Shown here: positions 58,305 to 64,000 of the stretch, piece by piece | Position numbering within the stretch: the stretch's first letter is position 1 | Layout of the letters: every line of letters begins with the position of its first letter | The notes under the pieces: model-generated | The model's input: the letters and a program-made list of their open reading frames with translations, nothing else | Database searches by the model: none | Told to the model about the DNA's origin: nothing | Position numbers and translations under genes: made by a program | Assembly (NCBI GenBank): GCA_040768745.1 | Contig: JAXGMI010000003.1 | Location: forward strand, 192,001-256,000 | Direction of reading: 5' to 3' | Origin: Desulfomicrobium sp. | Lineage (GTDB): Bacteria; Desulfobacterota; Desulfovibrionia; Desulfovibrionales; Desulfomicrobiaceae | Length of the DNA: 64,000 nt

Positions 58305-58538
58305 TCATGCCGGGATCTTGGTCCCGGCAGAGGTGAAGGCCTTGGCGTTCATCTTGATGAACTGCCCCTTGTCGATGCCCACGGCCTTGCCGCACGGACA
58401 CCAGACCTTGCCGTCCCGCTCCTCCATGTTCCAGACCCGTTCGATCCGGTCCCGGTGGCACCGGAGCACCTCACCAGGCCCCAGCTTGCGATAGCGCCAC
58501 AACTTTCTGCGGCATGCGGCGCACTTGATGACCAGCAT
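58305..58538 (-). CDS. Small zinc-ribbon hypothetical protein
   Basis: MLVIKCAACRRKLWRY..GPGEVLRC..CPCG; directly follows the lactonase gene. Confidence 0.7.
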   Translation of the reverse strand: MLVIKCAACRRKLWRYRKLGPGEVLRCHRDRIERVWNMEERDGKVWCPCGKAVGIDKGQFIKMNAKAFTSAGTKIPA

Positions 58539-58540
58539 CG

Positions 58541-59287
58541 CTATTCCGGAACGCTTTCCATCCCGGCCCATTTGGGCTCGTGCAGAGGCAGGACGTGATC
58601 GGCCAGGGTCTTGGCCCGGACCAGGGTCTCGTAGGCCTGGTACGCATCAACATGGGTGCCCGGAGGAATCACCTCCATGTCCATGGCCCGGATGGCCTTG
58701 GGCGGATAGAGATTCTCCAGAATGGTGCAGAACCCGCAGATCAGCACGCTGCCCTTGTCCGTTTCCACCCGCACGGACATGCCCCCCTCGGTGTGCGCCG
58801 GGGTGTGGATCATGGTGATGCCGGGAACAATTTCCGTGTCCTGGGACAACGCGACGATCTGTCCCCTGTCTTCCACCTCTTCGATGTAGTCTTCCAGATA
58901 GCGGAAATCGAGGGGATGCGGATCGTGGATACGCGCAAGCTCCCGTTCGTGCACGTAGATCGTGGCGTTCTCGCACTTGAAGTCGTTCTCGCAGTGATCG
59001 TTGTGCAGATGGGTGTGCAGGATGATGTCGATGTCTGAGGGTGCGAGCCCGTATTGCGCCAGCCCGGACTCGAAGGTGTGGATCCTCCCGCCAATGGCCC
59101 TCTCCCGTTCCTCGGAAACCACCGGGTTCATCTCACCGGTATCGACGAGAATCTTCCTGGCCCCGCCCTCCAGGTACCAGCAGTAGATGGGGATGGTGTA
59201 CGAAGTGCCATAGTCGTGCTGATAGGTCATCATGCCCTTGTCAAAGACCTTGGTGCCCATGACGATGGGATGGATGCGATAGGTCAT
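58541..59287 (-). CDS. Metallo-beta-lactamase fold hydrolase (N-acyl homoserine lactonase family)
   Basis: LVDTG, HTHLHNDH, TPAHTEG, PLHEP; GGAGG RBS. Confidence 0.82.
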   Translation of the reverse strand: MTYRIHPIVMGTKVFDKGMMTYQHDYGTSYTIPIYCWYLEGGARKILVDTGEMNPVVSEERERAIGGRIHTFESGLAQYGLAPSDIDIILHTHLHNDHCENDFKCENATIYVHERELARIHDPHPLDFRYLEDYIEEVEDRGQIVALSQDTEIVPGITMIHTPAHTEGGMSVRVETDKGSVLICGFCTILENLYPPKAIRAMDMEVIPPGTHVDAYQAYETLVRAKTLADHVLPLHEPKWAGMESVPE

Positions 59288-59455
59288 GCGTGCCTCCGTG
59301 TTTGCACCTTGCCCGGAGCGGTGTCGCCACAGGCCAGTCCGGTACTGGTCCGGACCCCGGCCAGGCTGCCGGGGCGTCTGCATCGGCAAGGCGGAGCGGA
59401 AAGCGCTTGTTCGGCTCCGCCGCTCCGCCGCTCCGCTGTCAATCCCTCATAAACC

Positions 59456-60625
59456 CTAGATCCTGGCTGCGGTCTTCAGATCGGCGATGGCATCGGTCAC
59501 TTCCCAGGGGAAGACCACATCCTCGCGGCCGAAATGGCCGTAGCATGCGCTCTGTTTGTAGAAGGGCTGGATCAGGTTCAGCCGTTTGATGATGAAATAC
59601 GGGCGCAGGTCAAAGACCTCCCGCACGGCCCGGGTCAGGACCTCGTCGGGGACCACGCCCGTACCGCCCGTGGTGACCAGCACGGAAACCGGCTCGGCAA
59701 CGCCGATGGCATACGCGATCTGCACCTCACAGGTTCCTGCCAAGCCTGCGGCGACGATATTCTTGGCCACGTAGCGGGCCATGTACGCACCCGAGCGGTC
59801 CACCTTGGACGGATCCTTGCCCGAGAAAGCGCCGCCCCCATGGTTGCCCATGCCTCCGTAGGTGTCGTTGATGATCTTGCGACCCGTCAGGCCGCAGTCC
59901 GCCAGGGGCCCCCCGGCCACGAACCGGCCGGTGGTGTTGATGAAGATGCGGGTCTTTTGGTCCATCATCTCGGCGGGCATGACCCTGGCGATGACCTCGC
60001 GCTTGATGCCCTCGACGATCTCCTCGTAGGTAACGTCCGGGGTGTGCTGGGAGGACACGACCACGTTGTCGATGCGTACGGGCTTCCCCTTGCGGTATTC
60101 CACCGAGACCTGGGTCTTGCCATCGGGGCGCAGGAAGTCGAGGATTCCGGCCTTGCGGACTTCGGACAGCTTTCGGCTCAACCTGTGCGCAAAATAGATG
60201 GGCGCGGGCATCAGCGCGCTCGTTTCCGTGGTGGCGTAGCCGAACATCATGCCCTGGTCCCCGGCGCCCTGGTCCTCGGGCTTGCTGCGGTCAACGCCCA
60301 TGGCGATGTCCGGAGACTGTTTGCCGATGGATGAGAGCACCGCGCAGGTGTTGGCGTCAAAGCCCATGTCCGAACTGACGTACCCGATTTCACGCACTGT
60401 GGAGCGCACGATCTCCGGCAGATCTGCGTAGGCCTCGGTGGTGATCTCTCCGGCAATTATGGCCATTCCCGTGGTGACCAGGGTTTCGCAGGCCACCCGG
60501 GACCTGGGGTCCTGGGCGATGAGGCAGTCGAGGACGGCGTCGGAAATCTGGTCCGCAATCTTGTCCGGATGGCCCTCGGTCACGGATTCGGACGTGAACA
60601 GATAGTGGTCGGCATTGAGAATCAT
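59456..60625 (-). CDS. metK: S-adenosylmethionine synthetase
   Basis: [35 protein letters not shown]. Confidence 0.97.
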   Translation of the reverse strand: MILNADHYLFTSESVTEGHPDKIADQISDAVLDCLIAQDPRSRVACETLVTTGMAIIAGEITTEAYADLPEIVRSTVREIGYVSSDMGFDANTCAVLSSIGKQSPDIAMGVDRSKPEDQGAGDQGMMFGYATTETSALMPAPIYFAHRLSRKLSEVRKAGILDFLRPDGKTQVSVEYRKGKPVRIDNVVVSSQHTPDVTYEEIVEGIKREVIARVMPAEMMDQKTRIFINTTGRFVAGGPLADCGLTGRKIINDTYGGMGNHGGGAFSGKDPSKVDRSGAYMARYVAKNIVAAGLAGTCEVQIAYAIGVAEPVSVLVTTGGTGVVPDEVLTRAVREVFDLRPYFIIKRLNLIQPFYKQSACYGHFGREDVVFPWEVTDAIADLKTAARI

Positions 60626-60651
60626 GCAAGTCTCCTTGTCTGGGGAGTGTG

Positions 60652-62073
60652 TTAATAGCGATAGTGGTCGGGCTTGAACGGGCCGGTCACGGCCACGCCG
60701 ATGTAGTCGGCCTGCTCCAGGGACAGGATTTCCAGCTCCACGCCCAGGCGCGCCAGATGAAGCCGGGCGACCTCCTCGTCCAAAACCTTGGGCAGGGTCA
60801 TGACCTGGGGAGGGTACTCGTTTTTGGCCAGGTCGAGCTGGGCCAGAACCTGGTTGGTGAAGGAATTTGACATGACGAAACTGGGATGACCCGTGGCACA
60901 GCCCAGATTCACCAGCCTCCCTTCGGCCAGGACCACGAGGCTCTTGCCATTGGGCAGCGCCCATTTGTCCACCTGGGGCTTGACCGGAATCTTGGTGCAT
61001 CCCGGGGTTTTTTCCAGGAAGCCCATGTCGATCTCGTTGTCGAAATGGCCGATGTTGCAGATGATGGCTTCATCCTTCATCTGCAGCATGTGCTCGCCGC
61101 GGATGACGTGATAGTTGCCCGTGGCCGTGACAAAGATGTCCGCCTCCAGACAGCCCTTGGCCATGGTCGTCACTTCGAAGCCTTCCATGGCAGCCTGCAG
61201 GGCGCAGATGGGATCGATCTCGGTCACCAGCACCCGGGCCCCAAATCCGCGCATGGACTGGGCGCAGCCCTTGCCCACGTCGCCATACCCGCAGACCAGG
61301 ACCACTTTCCCGGCCACCATGATGTCCGTGGCCCGCTTGATGCCGTCGGCCAGGGATTCACGGCAGCCGTAAAGATTGTCGAACTTGGACTTGGTCACCG
61401 AATCATTGACGTTGACGGCCGGAAACAGGAGTTCCCCCTTTCTGGCCATCTGGTAGAGGCGGTGCACGCCGGTGGTCGTCTCCTCGGACACGCCCCGGAT
61501 GCGGGAGGCGATTCTGGTCCACTTCTGGGTCCCTGTCCTGGCGCTCTCCTTCAGGCGATCCTGCACGCAGCGGAACTCCCTGTTGTCCGTGGGCAGGGAC
61601 AGCAAAGCGGGGTCCTTTTCGGCCTTGACGCCCTCGTGCACGAGCAGCGTGGCGTCCCCTCCGTCATCGACGATGAGGTCCGGGCCGCTCCCGTCGGGCC
61701 AGGTCAGGGCCATCTCCGTGCACCACCAGTAGTCTTCCAGGGTTTCACCCTTCCAGGCAAAGACCTTGGCCAGACCCTGGGCCACCACGGCGGCCGCGGC
61801 ATGATCCTGGGTGGAGAAGATGTTGCAGGAGGCCCAACGCACATCCGCGCCCAGGGCGTGCAAGGTCTTGATGAGCATGGCCGTCTGGATGGTCATGTGC
61901 AGGCTGCCGGTGATGCGCAGGCCCTTGAGGGGCTTCTCCCTCCCGTACTTGACGATGAGGGCCATCAGGCCGGGCATCTCCCGCTCGGACAGCTGCATCT
62001 CCTTGGCCCCCCAATCGGCCAGCCCCATGTCGGCGACCTTGTATTCCAGAGTGGGATCGATAGGTTGAATCAT
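60652..62073 (-). CDS. ahcY: Adenosylhomocysteinase
   Basis: [44 protein letters not shown]. Confidence 0.97.
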   Translation of the reverse strand: MIQPIDPTLEYKVADMGLADWGAKEMQLSEREMPGLMALIVKYGREKPLKGLRITGSLHMTIQTAMLIKTLHALGADVRWASCNIFSTQDHAAAAVVAQGLAKVFAWKGETLEDYWWCTEMALTWPDGSGPDLIVDDGGDATLLVHEGVKAEKDPALLSLPTDNREFRCVQDRLKESARTGTQKWTRIASRIRGVSEETTTGVHRLYQMARKGELLFPAVNVNDSVTKSKFDNLYGCRESLADGIKRATDIMVAGKVVLVCGYGDVGKGCAQSMRGFGARVLVTEIDPICALQAAMEGFEVTTMAKGCLEADIFVTATGNYHVIRGEHMLQMKDEAIICNIGHFDNEIDMGFLEKTPGCTKIPVKPQVDKWALPNGKSLVVLAEGRLVNLGCATGHPSFVMSNSFTNQVLAQLDLAKNEYPPQVMTLPKVLDEEVARLHLARLGVELEILSLEQADYIGVAVTGPFKPDHYRY

Positions 62074-62105
62074 GAGAACTCCTGTGTAGGTGGCTCGCCC
62101 ACCGG

Positions 62106-63029
62106 TTAATTCGAATATTGTGTCCGTCGGGCCGTGACCAGCAAAACGGTCAGTCCCATGTTTACGGGATGCCGCTCGCAGGCCTGACCCTGAAACCCGG
62201 CCCGGGCCATCCATGCCTCCAGGTCGTCTGCTGCAAAGCCCAGCCAGCGGTCCCCGTACCGGGTGCGCATGATCTCGTTGCCGTGGATGCAGAAATCCGC
62301 CACCACGACCTGCCCGCCTGGGCGCACCACCCGGCCCATCTCGGCAATGCCGGCCTGTGGGGAGGACAAATGGTGCAGCACCATGGACATGATGACCGCG
62401 TCGGCCTCCCCGTCACGCAGGGGGAGATGCTCCAGGTCCCCGAGGCGCAGGCTCACTCCTTCCCCCTCGGGCAGATGCCTGGACGCGGCCTCGAGCATGC
62501 GCGGGGAATTGTCCACCCCGATGACCCGCCCAGTCCGGTCCGCCAGCTCCCCCAACAGGTGACCTGGCCCGCATCCCAGGTCGACCACGGTCCCACGCTC
62601 CCGCAGCTTAACCCTGATGGTTCCGTTCAGGTCGAACTCGCCGAGGACCTCCCGGCTCAGACGATTCCAGTCCGCGGCGATCTCGTCGAAAAAGCGGACC
62701 GTCGATGTTCTGCGATCGCTCAGGACCTGAGCCGCCAAGTCCAGGTCCCCCCGGTGCGCAGGCATTTCTGCAAGTCCGGCCAGGACCGCCTGCAAAAGAG
62801 GCTGCGTCCCATTGTCCGCTCTGGCGGAATAGAAGGCCCACAGACCGTTGCGCTGGCAAGTCACGAATCCGGCGTCCATGAGAATCTTCAGGTGGCGGGA
62901 AATGCGGGACTGGCCCATGCCCATGACCTGCACGACCTCTCCTACGTTGAGTTCGTGACGGGCCAGGACGCCCAGCAGGCGCAGCCTGGTTTCGTCGGCC
63001 AGGGCCTTGGTTTGGGTCAGCAGATTCAT
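62106..63029 (-). CDS. sahR: ArsR-HTH plus methyltransferase-domain repressor of the SAM cycle
   Basis: [33 protein letters not shown]-binding domain; heads the ahcY-metK operon. Confidence 0.88.
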   Translation of the reverse strand: MNLLTQTKALADETRLRLLGVLARHELNVGEVVQVMGMGQSRISRHLKILMDAGFVTCQRNGLWAFYSARADNGTQPLLQAVLAGLAEMPAHRGDLDLAAQVLSDRRTSTVRFFDEIAADWNRLSREVLGEFDLNGTIRVKLRERGTVVDLGCGPGHLLGELADRTGRVIGVDNSPRMLEAASRHLPEGEGVSLRLGDLEHLPLRDGEADAVIMSMVLHHLSSPQAGIAEMGRVVRPGGQVVVADFCIHGNEIMRTRYGDRWLGFAADDLEAWMARAGFQGQACERHPVNMGLTVLLVTARRTQYSN

Positions 63030-63060
63030 GAACACCACGCCATGCGGCAGTTAATTCCTT

Positions 63061-63080
63061 ATATCAAGATATGTTGATAT
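63061..63080. promoter_or_regulatory. SahR operator
   Basis: 20-bp palindrome ATATCAAGATATGTTGATAT upstream of sahR. Confidence 0.8.
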
Positions 63081-63172
63081 ATCCGCTAACCGCATCCCTG
63101 TCTGGCGTCAAGGAACGAACTGCTCCGGGATGCGCCCTTGCCCCCGCCCTCCATGCCGATTAGGGGGGATGT

Positions 63173-63673
63173 ATGGGACAACGACAGCGTAAAATCTGCT
63201 CCACGGACGAGGCCATCTCGCTGGTCCTGGGCTCTCCCGAGGCGACCATGGAACTGGCCCTGGCCCGCCTGTGGCGCCATTGGCCCGAGGTCCTGGGCAA
63301 AAGTGTGGCCGCCATGGTCCGCCCCCTGGGACACCGCAAAGCCACCCTGCTCCTGGGCGCGGAAAACTCCCTGGTCATCCAGGAGTTCTCTTTTTTCGCC
63401 CCGCAGATCCTGGAAAAGGCCAACGCCTTCCTGGGCACCCGCTTCTTCCAGGAGGTGCACATCGAACTCTCCGGGGGACGCCCCACACTGGACCAGCCCC
63501 TCTTGCCGGCAGCCCCGGCAGGAGCCGTACCGCCTCGACCGGCCCCCCTGGGCAACCTGTTGCCATGCCTGCCGTCCCTGTCCCCGGTGGCCAACTGCTA
63601 CCGGGCCTATGTCAAACGCTTCATCCCTGAAATGGATACCGGAGAGGGCTTATGCGACTCGCACGACTCCTGA
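63173..63673 (+). CDS. DUF721/DciA-family protein
   Basis: LWRHWPEVLG..A...RP...LLLGAEN..QE..F....IL.KAN.FLG pattern. Confidence 0.72.
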   Translation: MGQRQRKICSTDEAISLVLGSPEATMELALARLWRHWPEVLGKSVAAMVRPLGHRKATLLLGAENSLVIQEFSFFAPQILEKANAFLGTRFFQEVHIELSGGRPTLDQPLLPAAPAGAVPPRPAPLGNLLPCLPSLSPVANCYRAYVKRFIPEMDTGEGLCDSHDS

Positions 63674-64000
63674 CCCTGCTGTGCGTGGTCTTCATCTGGC
63701 CCCTGGCCACCTACGCCGATGACGCCGGGATTCTGCTGGACTACGTGCCCCAGGGACGCATCGTCCGCTTCGAGGATCCCGTGCAGGTCTGGCTTGGGGG
63801 AGAGGACAGGCTGGAAGGAAAATTCTATGTGGAAACCGTGGTCTCCGAACTCCGCCGGATCATCCCAACCCTGTCCATTACCCAAACCAGTTCCAGAAGC
63901 CAGGCCAATGTCCGCGTCTACCTGACGGATTCCCAGCAGGAGTGGCGTGAGACAATCGCCAAAACCGCCGAAGGCATGGTCAACTGGCAGGAACAGGGGG
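63652..64000 (+). CDS. Exported hypothetical protein (partial; possibly DUF2927-like)
   Basis: Hand translation MRLARLLTLLCVVFIWPLATYADD...IVRFEDPVQVWL..., open to the window end; GGAGAGG upstream. Confidence 0.6.
   Translation, partial: MRLARLLTLLCVVFIWPLATYADDAGILLDYVPQGRIVRFEDPVQVWLGGEDRLEGKFYVETVVSELRRIIPTLSITQTSSRSQANVRVYLTDSQQEWRETIAKTAEGMVNWQEQG

Overview
GC-rich bacterial chromosome segment. Gene content (sahR-ahcY-metK, rubrerythrin, homotrimeric porins, TauE/sigma-54 module) suggests a sulfate-reducing Desulfovibrionales member, Desulfomicrobium-like (inferred, not searched). About 1-15.7 kb is a patchwork of accessory genes: cstA, DUF2092 pair, HD-GYP phosphodiesterase, a fluoride-riboswitch-controlled MFS gene, an envelope-modification operon divergent from a Pseudomonas-like ColRS pair with a ColR-type box, and a methyltransferase broken by an in-frame TGA. 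About 15.7-39.8 kb holds a sigma-54/IHF-driven TauE operon, TetR-RND efflux, rubrerythrin, a DEAD-box helicase, a TrmO-class II aldolase fusion, USP-SulP and a UvrD-like helicase. About 40-64 kb is mostly housekeeping: tandem porins, hisD-purC-fabI, trxC, tRNA-Ser, SRP RNA, tRNA-Pro, cobS, fliJ, truA and the SAM cycle. Two features stand out. First, intergenic REP-like palindromes of two families are repeatedly interrupted by unrelated 18-19-nt inserts (6 cases). Second, an exported, C-terminally anchored beta-carbonic anhydrase lies next to a paralog with the same architecture that has lost all zinc ligands. No CRISPR array, transposase, integrase or prophage gene was seen. Product calls come from motif recognition by eye; no database search was run.
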